The notes under the pieces are model-generated. The model worked only from the letters and a program-made list of their open reading frames with translations. It searched no databases and had not been told where the DNA came from. The translations under genes and the position numbers were made by a program. A DNA stretch of 64,000 nucleotides from an uncultured virus (IMG/VR IMGVR_UViG_3300035130_000143). Its lineage: Duplodnaviria; Heunggongvirae; Uroviricota; Caudoviricetes. Location of the stretch: the IMG/VR virus record IMGVR_UViG_3300035130_000143; one strand, 5' to 3'. This document shows, in pieces, positions 1 to 8,620 of the stretch (within the stretch, counting starts at the first letter, position 1; every line of letters begins with the position of its first letter).

Positions 1-113
1 TTTATTATTCTCCTTCCAGTTTGTTGGGATTACCGGAAACCCTATTCTGGCGCGATTCTCTAGCGCCGCCTTCTCTGCGCCTGACGTTCGAGTCAGGCGC
101 AGAAAGCACGGGG

Positions 114-542
114 CTAGCTCTCTTTCGGAGTCCCGTAAGGGAATTCCTGCCCGTCTGAAAAATTATTCTCAACAGTCGGGCAGATGTCTGCCTGATAGAC
201 GAGGGTAGGTTGAGGATACCCGTCCCTCTCCATCCAACCAAAGATGGATATGCTAGCTGCGGCGAAACGGCCCCGTTGCCGTGCGGCCTGGTCCTGTCCG
301 AATACAACAATGGTTGTACCGAACTGCATTGGCCGCTCTGTCGCTTCAGCCCATAGCTCCAAGAGCATTGCGCCTGGGGCTACAACGACAGATGTGTGAC
401 CTTCAATGCTCTGGCGCAGATGCGCCGCCGATTGAAAGAACGGCGCTGACGGACTTTCAAACCTGACTTCCCCCAGCCCCTTCCTCAGTGCTCGCCGCTG
501 GTCGCCATTCAAGTCATGCTTGCTAAAGTTTCTGACGTACAT
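114..542 (-). CDS. hypothetical protein
   Basis: 142-aa ORF with AGGAG SD upstream. Confidence 0.65.
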   Translation of the reverse strand: MYVRNFSKHDLNGDQRRALRKGLGEVRFESPSAPFFQSAAHLRQSIEGHTSVVVAPGAMLLELWAEATERPMQFGTTIVVFGQDQAARQRGRFAAASISIFGWMERDGYPQPTLVYQADICPTVENNFSDGQEFPYGTPKES

Positions 543-593
543 GATTTTTCTCCTTTTTTCTACGCCCCTGCGCCCTCTGCGCCTGGGCTTGAA

Positions 594-905
594 TTATTTT
601 TCCAAGACGCACACATGCTTTGTGTAAAACAGAATGCGCGTCTCACCATCCCAGTCGCCCACCGTGGGAAACCCCGTCTTGCGAGCAACTGGGCCGGGAT
701 GGCAACAAATTACCAAATCTGCATTATCTGGCGGCTCAACCTCTAGCTCTGCATCGCTGTAAGCATGAGCCAAAAATACCCGCTTCCCCGATTGTGCGAC
801 GAACTGAGCAAAGCCAAAATTATCATAATCGCTCTTGACTCTAACTCCATCGTTCTCCACTGCAAACTTGATGATTGACACCCTTTTCTCCTTTTTCTCT
901 CTCAT
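594..905 (-). CDS. hypothetical protein (true start may be slightly downstream, after the AGGAG at ~890)
   Basis: ORF in the leftward early operon. Confidence 0.55.
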   Translation of the reverse strand: MREKKEKRVSIIKFAVENDGVRVKSDYDNFGFAQFVAQSGKRVFLAHAYSDAELEVEPPDNADLVICCHPGPVARKTGFPTVGDWDGETRILFYTKHVCVLEK

Positions 906-1001
906 CGCGCCTGCTCTGGCGCTCCTGCTCCCCGCGAACGGAATCGAACCGTTCGCTTCCGGCGACCAGCCCAGGGAGCAGCAGGGCCAGAACGGCCCGC
1001 G

Positions 1002-1391
1002 CTACTTCGTCCACGCTACACGCTGAATGCGTGTACCGTATTCTGAAAACTCTACCGTCCACCCCACCGCCCTGGCCGCCGCTACGGCTTTGTCACGGCG
1101 AAACCTCGCCGCTTTGCCGCTGGCGTTGCGCAGTTCCCACAGGTCTGCCAGTGCCCCCCATTTGACTATGACGCCCTGGCGCGTCATGCGCGTCTTCGCG
1201 GCGTCCATCTCGGCGCGAAATTCATAGCCCGTCTTGGTGGGCAATATCGAGACGATGCGAATTGTCTCGCTAGCCACGTGGCTGTCAAAGCTCTTTTGCA
1301 TCAAGGTGCGCTCGTCGTCTTTGAGCGCCTGCGCGTGGAGCAACTGTCCCGCCTGCTTTCCTGCTACTCTTGCCACAAAATTGCGCGTCAT
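1002..1391 (-). CDS. hypothetical early protein (MTRNFVARVAG...)
   Basis: AAAGGAGAG SD before ATG at 1391, downstream of a promoter. Confidence 0.65.
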   Translation of the reverse strand: MTRNFVARVAGKQAGQLLHAQALKDDERTLMQKSFDSHVASETIRIVSILPTKTGYEFRAEMDAAKTRMTRQGVIVKWGALADLWELRNASGKAARFRRDKAVAAARAVGWTVEFSEYGTRIQRVAWTK

Positions 1392-1445
1392 CTTTACTCT
1401 CCTTTTTCTCTCTGTGGCAGGTGCTCCCCCACTCAACTGCCTGTA

Positions 1446-1474
1446 ACTATACACCGGAATTAAAATCCTGTCAA
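1446..1474 (-). promoter_or_regulatory. sigma70 promoter TTGACA-17-TATAGT with TG extended -10
   Basis: near-consensus hexamers, 17-bp spacer. Confidence 0.75.
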
Positions 1475-1518
1475 TGAACAATCCTGCAAGGTTTTACCAA
1501 AAATAGGCCAAAAACAGC

Positions 1519-1911
1519 CTATTTATTGTCTATTTCTCCACATTTTTCCGGGCTGTTTTCTAGCTGAGAAATAAGCCGCCTGATAATAGCAGCCACGCGG
1601 CTTTTGGTAATCCCGTACACCGCGCCAATTTCGTCCAATTTCTCAAAGTCTACCACACGCCGTTTGAGTATATCGCGCTCGCGGGGAGCCAGGATATCCT
1701 GTTCATGCGCGCCGGTCTCATCGCGCCGCAACCGCTCGACGATAGCGTCGTAGTGCGGCGTGATCTTGGCCCGATAGGCGCATAATGAATCGGCGTTCAC
1801 CTCGCCACGCTCAATATTGCCCTCAAGCCTGCCGTTTCGCAGGTAGGCAAAAACAGAGTGAGGGCCTATCCCCAGCCTGCGCGCCGCTTCAGATATTGTC
1901 AAAGTTTGCAT
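1519..1911 (-). CDS. DNA-binding protein: N-terminal excisionase/MerR-like HTH plus sigma70 region-4-like HTH
   Basis: LTISEAARRLGI...Y.RNGRL and LAPRERDILKRR...KLDEIGAVYGITKSRVAAI motifs. Confidence 0.7.
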   Translation of the reverse strand: MQTLTISEAARRLGIGPHSVFAYLRNGRLEGNIERGEVNADSLCAYRAKITPHYDAIVERLRRDETGAHEQDILAPRERDILKRRVVDFEKLDEIGAVYGITKSRVAAIIRRLISQLENSPEKCGEIDNK

Positions 1912-1946
1912 ACTGGCTACTCCTATCGTTATATTTACGCACTTAT

Positions 1947-1975
1947 ATCATACACCACATTTTAACCCGCGTCAA
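1947..1975 (-). promoter_or_regulatory. sigma70 promoter TTGACG-17-TATGAT
   Basis: near-consensus, points into the 1519-1911 gene. Confidence 0.7.
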
Positions 1976-2058
1976 TAGCACAGGAAAAATCTTGCAGGAA
2001 TAGACAATAATCCGGGGGTTTTGGGGCCTTTTCCAGTCAAAACGTGGAGTTTTGTTCA

Positions 2059-2087
2059 TTGACAGGGATTAAAATATAGTGTATAGT
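2059..2087 (+). promoter_or_regulatory. sigma70 early promoter TTGACA-17-TATAGT
   Basis: near-consensus, heads the rightward small-gene array. Confidence 0.8.
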
Positions 2088-2129
2088 TATAGGCGTAATC
2101 AAGAAACAAACACACGAGGAGATAGCAAG

Positions 2130-2330
2130 ATGATAAAGCAGGTAGTAAGCTACAAGGAGCACAGAGCAGAAATTGATAAAGCGATACGCAACCTGGAGAA
2201 CCTGCCAGGCGGGCTAAAGTGCAACTTCCTGCTCGCCATTCGCGGCCAGCAAGGCACGTTGGTAGCCAAACAATGGCTGCGCAGGCGCCCAAGGTCACTG
2301 GCAAGCAATGAGGTCTTGGTTACATTCTAA
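2130..2330 (+). CDS. small early protein
   Basis: GAGGAG SD, first gene after the promoter. Confidence 0.65.
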   Translation: MIKQVVSYKEHRAEIDKAIRNLENLPGGLKCNFLLAIRGQQGTLVAKQWLRRRPRSLASNEVLVTF

Positions 2331-2378
2331 TCCACAACACGCCGAGCCGGGGCGGCCAATCCCTGGCAAAGGAGAGAC

Positions 2379-2672
2379 ATGAATATAAATAAGGCAATGG
2401 CGAAAAGCGAGGCGATAGCGAGGTGGCTCCGGGCGCGTGATTATTGCGCAACGGATCAAATTACGTGGGATTTGATAGACGCGCAAAAGGAAATCGCACG
2501 CATCACCAAAAAGGCACTGAGAGACACTATCGCGCGATTGGATAGATACGCTGAGCAGGCGTATATAGACTCCACTGATCTCGATCTGTCTGCGCGGGAG
2601 CGCCAGAAGGCGCAGACAGAACTGAAGCGCATAAAGAAACTTAGGAGAGAGATGATGGACGGGACACAGTAG
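2379..2672 (+). CDS. small early protein (helical)
   Basis: follows repeat+SD. Confidence 0.7.
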   Translation: MNINKAMAKSEAIARWLRARDYCATDQITWDLIDAQKEIARITKKALRDTIARLDRYAEQAYIDSTDLDLSARERQKAQTELKRIKKLRREMMDGTQ

Positions 2673-2707
2673 CCGGGGCGACTAATCCCCGGCAAAGGAG
2701 AGAGGAA

Positions 2708-2902
2708 ATGAAAGAGATGCCGGTCGCAGAAATACAAATTGCAAGCCAGGTCAAGCTACCCGATAGCGAAGCCACCTACACCGTTCTCGCCAAAAAAGAG
2801 ACTGATAAAACAGTGACATTTTTATTAGAAAATAACTATTATCAAACCCAAGCAACGCAACGTTTTTTTAAAACGGCAACGCTTTGTGTCATCGCAGACT
2901 AA
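2708..2902 (+). CDS. small early protein
   Basis: follows repeat+SD. Confidence 0.7.
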   Translation: MKEMPVAEIQIASQVKLPDSEATYTVLAKKETDKTVTFLLENNYYQTQATQRFFKTATLCVIAD

Positions 2903-2947
2903 TAAACGCCGCCGTCGGGGCGGCCAATCCCCGGCAGAGGAGAGACG

Positions 2948-3160
2948 ATGAGGACGGAAAAATGTTGGTTATTTTCAGACAGAACAGAAATCACAGACAC
3001 GCCGTTTCCGCTCTCTATCGTCGCATACGGCGACGAGATAGAGATAGGGAATAGCACATACAGTATTGAGCAGGTTGAGGAAATGGTAGCCGCGCTACAG
3101 ACTGCTATAATGGTAGCGCAGTGTTATCAATCCCCGGCAGAGGAGAACTTGAAATGTTAG
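2948..3160 (+). CDS. small early protein
   Basis: follows repeat+SD; C-terminus QSPAEE is read through the next repeat. Confidence 0.65.
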   Translation: MRTEKCWLFSDRTEITDTPFPLSIVAYGDEIEIGNSTYSIEQVEEMVAALQTAIMVAQCYQSPAEENLKC

Positions 3161-3369
3161 AATCGCAACTGTCTTACCTGGAAAAATGCACACCGCCGAG
3201 AAACTATTTTTGGAAGTGTTACCTTCAGGACAGAGTACCCGCTATCCAGGCTGAAATTGATAGGCTGCGCAGATTTGCCAACAGACGAGCAGGCAAGGTT
3301 GCTGATAATGTCAATGCAAAAGCGGATGCTTTGCAGGCAAGGCTCGATACGTGTAAAGTAACGCTATAG
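3154..3369 (+). CDS. small early protein
   Basis: follows half repeat+SD. Confidence 0.6.
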   Translation: MLESQLSYLEKCTPPRNYFWKCYLQDRVPAIQAEIDRLRRFANRRAGKVADNVNAKADALQARLDTCKVTL

Positions 3370-3416
3370 TCTACCGCCGAGCCGGGGCGGCTTATCCCCG
3401 GCAGAAAGGAAAGCAA

Positions 3417-3680
3417 ATGGATACAAAAAACATCCTCAATGATTTTTTTTGGACCGATGAGGACTGGAAAAAATATGAACAAGGTACTGTTGAATTAACA
3501 CTACAGGAAATGTACACCTTGTTAAATGCTGTTGAGCTAGTTTCCAATCGTAACAGATTGAACGCTAAGCAGGTCAAAAAATGGCAAGAAATCAGTAAGC
3601 TATTCAAAGGAAAATACGAGGCTGCAATCATGCAGGCGATGGGCGGCCAATCCCCGGCAGAGGAGAAAGGCAATGTTTAA
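3417..3680 (+). CDS. small early protein
   Basis: follows repeat+SD; C-terminus QSPAEE is read through the repeat. Confidence 0.7.
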   Translation: MDTKNILNDFFWTDEDWKKYEQGTVELTLQEMYTLLNAVELVSNRNRLNAKQVKKWQEISKLFKGKYEAAIMQAMGGQSPAEEKGNV

Positions 3681-3930
3681 CGAGGAGTTTTGTACTGACA
3701 ACAATCTTAAAATCTGGCAAACGGCTCGCACCTTACGCCGCGTGTGGGAAATTGATCCAATCTCTGGTGCAGTTGTTGAATACCGCGACGAAATATACAA
3801 AAAGTATCGTGGTCGTTATCACTGGTATAGCCACCTTGATACTACCTGGAGCAATCCAGATTTTTGCTACGGGCCTGGTGCGGGCAAAATGTCAGAGTGC
3901 CCACCATTGCCGCCAGAACTGATCGGCTAA
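3673..3930 (+). CDS. small early protein
   Basis: follows repeat+SD. Confidence 0.7.
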   Translation: MFNEEFCTDNNLKIWQTARTLRRVWEIDPISGAVVEYRDEIYKKYRGRYHWYSHLDTTWSNPDFCYGPGAGKMSECPPLPPELIG

Positions 3931-3976
3931 TACCTGGCGCCGCAGCCGGGGCGGCTAATCCCCGGCAGAGGAGAGA

Positions 3977-4222
3977 GTGATGACCAAAAAAGAAAAGGTA
4001 AAGCAAATCATCCTGAGTGGTCCAGCTCGTACCAAAGCAAGAAACATTGCACTGGCATATCGGCGCAGGCACAAAGAGCATGTTAGCCGCTCCACCGTCC
4101 TCGCAGCACTAAGCGAATTGCGTGACGAGGGATTTGTCAGGCGCGGGTGGGGACGTGGGCGAAATAGCAGATGGGATATAGCCGGGGTGCCCAACCTCAA
4201 TAGAGGCGAGAGTGATGTATAA
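3977..4222 (+). CDS. winged-helix-like DNA-binding protein
   Basis: VSRSTVLAALSELRDEGFV motif; paralog at 37361-37612. Confidence 0.65.
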   Translation: MMTKKEKVKQIILSGPARTKARNIALAYRRRHKEHVSRSTVLAALSELRDEGFVRRGWGRGRNSRWDIAGVPNLNRGESDV

Positions 4223-4631
4223 CGTCACAGATAAAATCAATATCTCTGCTGACGCGATTCGGAGCAGAGCGCGCCAGCTTAAATTAGACACTCTGGACGA
4301 TGTGGTAGCCTACGATCTGTGGGATGCTCAGTGCCGCGAGCGTCCCAAAACGATAGCGGGACAATTCTATCATGTGGCGACTGACCGCCAGAGAACGCGG
4401 GTGTTAAATCTCGCGGTGAGGAAGTACAATAAGCAAATAACGCCACACCAAAAGAAATTGATACTCGCATTTTCAGCAAAACTTGGCGGCGAGGCAGCAA
4501 TTGAACGCCTGACGTATGATGGCCCACGGCTGGGGATTTCGCCACGGGATGTACCGCCCAGTAAAGACTTTGATTCATTAGCTGGGTTGCTCTACGCAGT
4601 AGCCCTAGAATGGCTCAACGAAAAAGACTAG
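4215..4631 (+). CDS. early hypothetical protein
   Basis: ~138-aa ORF within the array. Confidence 0.65.
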   Translation: MYNVTDKINISADAIRSRARQLKLDTLDDVVAYDLWDAQCRERPKTIAGQFYHVATDRQRTRVLNLAVRKYNKQITPHQKKLILAFSAKLGGEAAIERLTYDGPRLGISPRDVPPSKDFDSLAGLLYAVALEWLNEKD

Positions 4632-4663
4632 CCGACGCGACTAATCCCCGGCAAAGAGGAGAA

Positions 4664-4894
4664 ATGATGCTAAAACTGAGTGAATACAAAGAAAGGGTCG
4701 TAGGAATTTGCCAGGAGTTAGGGGGCAGGCTGCCCTACGAGATAGAAGACATTGAAGCCGATGATTGGCAAGCCCTTGCCAGCGAGCTAGCAGAGCTCGC
4801 CAGTTTTGTGAGTGGTCAAGCAAGCCGACTGGCTGCTTACGCAAGCAATGTGAAGCGCCGGGGTAGTCAACCCCCGGCAAGGAGAGAACGATGA
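4664..4894 (+). CDS. small early protein
   Basis: follows repeat+SD. Confidence 0.65.
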   Translation: MMLKLSEYKERVVGICQELGGRLPYEIEDIEADDWQALASELAELASFVSGQASRLAAYASNVKRRGSQPPARRER

Positions 4895-5052
4895 ACGTTA
4901 AATCAACAGCGGACAAAGCCATTGAAATCGCCAATCAGCGCGGCGGGCGCGTGGCAATCGAATACGGTCTTGCCCTCGCCTGCAAGGGGCTGGGCAGCGA
5001 CTTTAAAAATAAAGTCCGGCGTGAGTTGCGCCGCCGGGCGTATCGCATATAG
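4891..5052 (+). CDS. small early protein (53 aa, MNVKSTADKAIE...; not in the ORF track)
   Basis: repeat+SD then ATG, open to TAG 5052. Confidence 0.6.
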   Translation: MNVKSTADKAIEIANQRGGRVAIEYGLALACKGLGSDFKNKVRRELRRRAYRI

Positions 5053-5086
5053 CCAGGCAGTAAGCGTCAGCAGAGGAGAAATTGAA

Positions 5087-5278
5087 ATGAACAAACTAAC
5101 CATACCAAGATTCCCAATCCCAACAGACGAACAAGCTATTGACGCATTCATCGCGGCATGGAATCGCTGCGCTGTCTGGGGGATCGAGATGACACCAGAA
5201 ATGATGCAACCGTCATTACTGGATGAGGAAGACGACCTACATGACTGGTTTGATAATCAAGAGGAGAACGAACGATGA
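5087..5278 (+). CDS. small acidic early protein
   Basis: GAGGAG SD; acidic C-terminus. Confidence 0.6.
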   Translation: MNKLTIPRFPIPTDEQAIDAFIAAWNRCAVWGIEMTPEMMQPSLLDEEDDLHDWFDNQEENER

Positions 5279-5490
5279 ATGACAAAACACAGTACGCCAA
5301 AGAATGCCTGAACAAAGCCAGCCATGGCGAGCACGAAATCGCCAGCATTATGAGCGCAGTTGCAGCCGCGCTGGAAGTGGTAGAGGCGCAACAAACCCGC
5401 ATCGCCACGCTAGAGGCGCGTCTTACCAAGCTCAACGCCCGCCTGCAGGCCGAGATTCACAGGCGGCAAAATAATGAAAATAATCACTAG
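5275..5490 (+). CDS. small coiled-coil protein
   Basis: SD, ATGA overlap. Confidence 0.6.
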   Translation: MNDKTQYAKECLNKASHGEHEIASIMSAVAAALEVVEAQQTRIATLEARLTKLNARLQAEIHRRQNNENNH

Positions 5491-5710
5491 AATACAAATC
5501 ACCGTTCGTCACAATGACGAATATCACAGTGCAGAAAAAGACGTGCGAGAGCCAGCGCGCAAGGCGCTCGTTGATGCGGTAAAAAAGCCGCAGGAATGGA
5601 CATTGCAAAATGAGATAACGCACAGCGGCATGACGTTTATGTCATTTGAAAGGCAGAAAAATGAAACAACAACGGCGCGGGGCGACCAACCCCGGCAAAG
5701 GAGAGAGTGA
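5474..5710 (+). CDS. small early protein
   Basis: ORF within the array. Confidence 0.5.
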   Translation: MKIITRIQITVRHNDEYHSAEKDVREPARKALVDAVKKPQEWTLQNEITHSGMTFMSFERQKNETTTARGDQPRQRRE

Positions 5711-5874
5711 TGAGGTGTAGAAAGTGCAGGACGTGGATGGAAGAAAAGCACACAACAAAAACTATGACAATTCAACAAAGCGCGGTAAAATATCCAGTTT
5801 CACATTACGCGTGCCTTAACTGCAAAACAAAAGCTGTCAGTTACAATGGCGGCGCTCTCAAGTGGAGCAACTAA
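5710..5874 (+). CDS. small zinc-ribbon protein (54 aa, CxxC...CxxC; not in the ORF track)
   Basis: repeat+SD then MRCRKCRTWM...ACLNCK. Confidence 0.6.
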   Translation: MRCRKCRTWMEEKHTTKTMTIQQSAVKYPVSHYACLNCKTKAVSYNGGALKWSN

Positions 5875-5916
5875 CACAAACAGGCGCGGGACGATCAACC
5901 CCGCGCCAAAGGAGAA

Positions 5917-6198
5917 ATGATGAACGCACAAAACAGACGCAACATGGCAAAAATGAGACAGATGTACAATCCAGATAGTGGCGACCTGGCAGTCGGCGCA
6001 AATGGTCAATTCATCAAGGTAACATGGGGAGAGTTTGCCATGTTGGAAATGATAGCCGACCAACAAAGGGAAATTGATGAACTTCAAGCACAGGTAGCGC
6101 GCTTGCTGAACGCAGTACCCAGCGCAGGCATTGTAGTCGAGCAGTCAGCGGAAACAATGCGCGACTGCGTAGCTTTGAAAATTGATAGTATAGGATAG
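5917..6198 (+). CDS. small early protein
   Basis: follows repeat+SD. Confidence 0.65.
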   Translation: MMNAQNRRNMAKMRQMYNPDSGDLAVGANGQFIKVTWGEFAMLEMIADQQREIDELQAQVARLLNAVPSAGIVVEQSAETMRDCVALKIDSIG

Positions 6199-6230
6199 CA
6201 AGCGGCGCGGGATGCGCCAGAGGAGAAACC

Positions 6231-6425
6231 ATGAACAAATTTAACATTAACCCAAGCAACAACTACGAACGTATTGACAACAGCGACGTGTTTACCGGCC
6301 AGCAGCTTTTGAACTTGCTGGAAATAGCGTCGCCAGATATGCAGGCTGTGATTTTGCTGGGCTGTATGCCAACGGACAAACCCCCAACGCACCCCGGTAC
6401 AAAATACGGTCCAGCAGAGGCATAG
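6231..6425 (+). CDS. small early protein, last of the array
   Basis: short hairpin+SD. Confidence 0.6.
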   Translation: MNKFNINPSNNYERIDNSDVFTGQQLLNLLEIASPDMQAVILLGCMPTDKPPTHPGTKYGPAEA

Positions 6426-6442
6426 CGCACATGTCTAATCCA

Positions 6443-6466
6443 GGCCCCCGCCCCAGGGGGCTTTTT
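6443..6466 (+). terminator. rho-independent terminator
   Basis: GCCCC...GGGGC hairpin + T run. Confidence 0.7.
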
Positions 6467-6478
6467 GCTATTTGGGGG

Positions 6479-6507
6479 TTGACGCCGTGTAATACCTGTG
6501 ATATAAT
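6479..6507 (+). promoter_or_regulatory. sigma70 promoter TTGACG-17-TATAAT (probably leaderless transcript)
   Basis: consensus -10; ATG at 6514. Confidence 0.75.
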
Positions 6508-6513
6508 CGTTTT

Positions 6514-6672
6514 ATGAACGGTAATACAAGCACATCGTTTCGATTGCCAAAGGAATTACTTGAGCGCCTGCAAGAAACTGCTAAGGCGCTTGATTTGAAT
6601 ATGGCTCAGGCCATTCGCAGGGCTATTTTGGAATGGCTTGAGCGCAACGAAAAGGACGATGGGAATGATTAG
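6514..6672 (+). CDS. ribbon-helix-helix (CopG-like) regulator, 52 aa, not in the ORF track
   Basis: TSFRLPKELLERLQETAKALDLNMAQAIRRAILEWL pattern. Confidence 0.75.
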   Translation: MNGNTSTSFRLPKELLERLQETAKALDLNMAQAIRRAILEWLERNEKDDGND

Positions 6673-7090
6673 CAATCATACCAAGATTGAAGCAAGGCTA
6701 TTAGTTACCCAGGCGATAGAGAGTGGCTCTATACCGAAAGCGAGCGATGTCAAATGCAAACGCTGTGGCAAGCAAGCATACCACTATCATCATAATGATT
6801 ATACCAAGCCGCTTGATATTACGCCGCTTTGCAGAAAATGCCATGTGATTGTGCATACCGAGCTTAACAAACAGCGTTTCAAGGAATTACAAGACAAAAA
6901 ACCGGATATAAAATTCATGAACGCAACTGAGTTTAATCTCATGACAGGAATTTTCAGATATTTGAAGATTCTCAGAAAATATCAGAGCATTATAGTAGTA
7001 AGACATGGTAAACCAGTATTAGAAATCAAGTTACCAAAAGGTAGTGGCGATATTCTTGAACAATGGGGCTTAAAGCAAGAAAGACGATGA
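6659..7090 (+). CDS. HNH-like zinc-binding domain fused to a Phd/YefM-like C-terminus
   Basis: CKRC...HHNDY...LCRKCHVIVH; MNATEF...IIVVRHGKPVLEI. Confidence 0.6.
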   Translation: MGMISNHTKIEARLLVTQAIESGSIPKASDVKCKRCGKQAYHYHHNDYTKPLDITPLCRKCHVIVHTELNKQRFKELQDKKPDIKFMNATEFNLMTGIFRYLKILRKYQSIIVVRHGKPVLEIKLPKGSGDILEQWGLKQERR

Positions 7091-7184
7091 CGCACAACCA
7101 GAATAGCCCACGTCACTGCCCTAATTGCGGTGCGCGGCTGGACGGTAGCGAGTACCACCATGAGAGTAGCGGCGAGGGCACAGA

Positions 7185-8084
7185 ATGCGTCGTGGTAGGA
7201 TTTTGTCTGTTGTGGTTGATTTTGGTCAAGGCGGTGAGTGGGCAGTGAAAATCATAGCCAAGTTTCGCTATGGCGGCAAGCAACTCGCCATAGTAGAATT
7301 GAATAGCGGCGCAACTGTCACGATGCAGGCCAACGCGCAACAGTGGGTGGGCGACAGCGCGGCCACGTTGCGCGCCGCGCCACAGGAACGCTACACACCG
7401 GTAGTGCCAGGCGCGCGCATTGAGACCCCCGTTGCACAGCAGTCAATGGAGAGTAACGTCAAGGTTCCGTTGGCGCAGGCGATCATCGAGAGCTGTATAG
7501 TTGGGTCTGCTGTTTTTTGCGCCGCTGCCGGCATTGTAACATTTTTCGGCCTCCCCAAGCCAGCTATATTGACAATCGCTCTAACCGCCGTTGCTACCCT
7601 ACGCACAATGTACGAATCGTGGAGAGGCAACGTTAATATGGCAGACTCGCTCCTGACACGCATCGAGGATTTTACCAATATTGATTGGAACCGAGACGGC
7701 CAAACCGGTAGCCAGAAAGCGCCGCCACCACAGTTGCGCTTTGTCAAAGTCGGCGGATATGGCACGACGGACAATCCAGAGCCGTATCGCCCGCAATCCA
7801 CAGAACAACACATCAACATTCCCGGTATGCCGCGCCTGGACGTTGACCCCTGGACGGTTGAACGCCTGGTGGATGTGCTAGAACGCGCCTTTGTCTCTGG
7901 GCGCTGGTCGCGCGCCAATTGCAACGAGCTCGGAATGTCACAGGGGCAGTGGGCCGCACTCAGTCAGTGGCTTGGCCCTGGCGAGGACGGCAAGGGCTGG
8001 AATATCTGGGGCGCGCAAGACCACCTCACCCTACAGGCGTTCGTTGACCAAATTAGAGAGACCGCCAACCAACCAACCGGTTAA
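7185..8084 (+). CDS. membrane protein (two hydrophobic segments); start probably GTG ~7245
   Basis: 299-aa ORF with TM-like stretches. Confidence 0.65.
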   Translation: MRRGRILSVVVDFGQGGEWAVKIIAKFRYGGKQLAIVELNSGATVTMQANAQQWVGDSAATLRAAPQERYTPVVPGARIETPVAQQSMESNVKVPLAQAIIESCIVGSAVFCAAAGIVTFFGLPKPAILTIALTAVATLRTMYESWRGNVNMADSLLTRIEDFTNIDWNRDGQTGSQKAPPPQLRFVKVGGYGTTDNPEPYRPQSTEQHINIPGMPRLDVDPWTVERLVDVLERAFVSGRWSRANCNELGMSQGQWAALSQWLGPGEDGKGWNIWGAQDHLTLQAFVDQIRETANQPTG

Positions 8085-8097
8085 ACCAACCATCAAG

Positions 8098-8565
8098 ATG
8101 CTAGACCTGCTCGACACGACGACCGCCGCGCCAGCCGCTGCGAACTGCCTTCAGCGCGCGCTGGAGTTTTACGCTATCGGCGACAACGCCGGGCTTGAAC
8201 AGACTGCAATCCTGGCCGTGAGAATTGCAGAACAAACGCGCGACCACGCCGCCGAAGCGTGCGCGCTGATACTGGTCGCCGCGTCTGGTCACTGGAACGG
8301 ACGATATCAAATTGAGCGCGCCGAACGGCGATTGTGGGCCGCTGGAGGCTCCAGCATCAACCGCGCTATCGTGGCGTTTGCCCTGGCGTGGGACGATGAT
8401 AGGCTGAATCAGCGCGCAAGGGCCCTGGCCGGCTACCAAAGCGCGCTTGAGCACATCGAGCAGGCCAAACGAACCGCCGCCTGGTGCGGCGACATGCGGG
8501 CGTATCGCCGCGCGCAGGCAGTAGAACGTAGGGTTTACGAGTGGAATAAAAAACAGCGCGACTGA
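8098..8565 (+). CDS. Ala-rich TPR-like helical protein
   Basis: helical-repeat composition. Confidence 0.5.
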   Translation: MLDLLDTTTAAPAAANCLQRALEFYAIGDNAGLEQTAILAVRIAEQTRDHAAEACALILVAASGHWNGRYQIERAERRLWAAGGSSINRAIVAFALAWDDDRLNQRARALAGYQSALEHIEQAKRTAAWCGDMRAYRRAQAVERRVYEWNKKQRD

Positions 8566-8588
8566 CCGGGCCGCGCTGCTTTTTTTGG
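8548..8588. terminator. bidirectional terminator at a convergent junction
   Basis: A-run, CAGCGCG/CGCGCTG stem, T-run. Confidence 0.65.
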
Positions 8589-8620
8589 TGAGTGTTAGGG
8601 TCTGTCTCCCCACTTGTTGG

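Larger units (their letters stand above)
2346..6230 (+). repeat. dispersed intergenic repeat GCCGGGGCGRCYAATCCCCGGCARAGGAGAG (hairpin + SD), about 12-14 full or partial copies
   Basis: copies at ~2346, 2672, 2914, 3128 (3' half), 3381, 3641, 3945, 4181 (degenerate), 4631, 4857, 5675, 5884, 6203 (short). Confidence 0.9.

Noticed and set aside
2346..6230. Early repeats as integron attC sites or a CRISPR array
   Set aside because: No GTTRRRY/RYYYAAC cores or integrase; spacing is gene-sized and irregular; the repeat includes an SD
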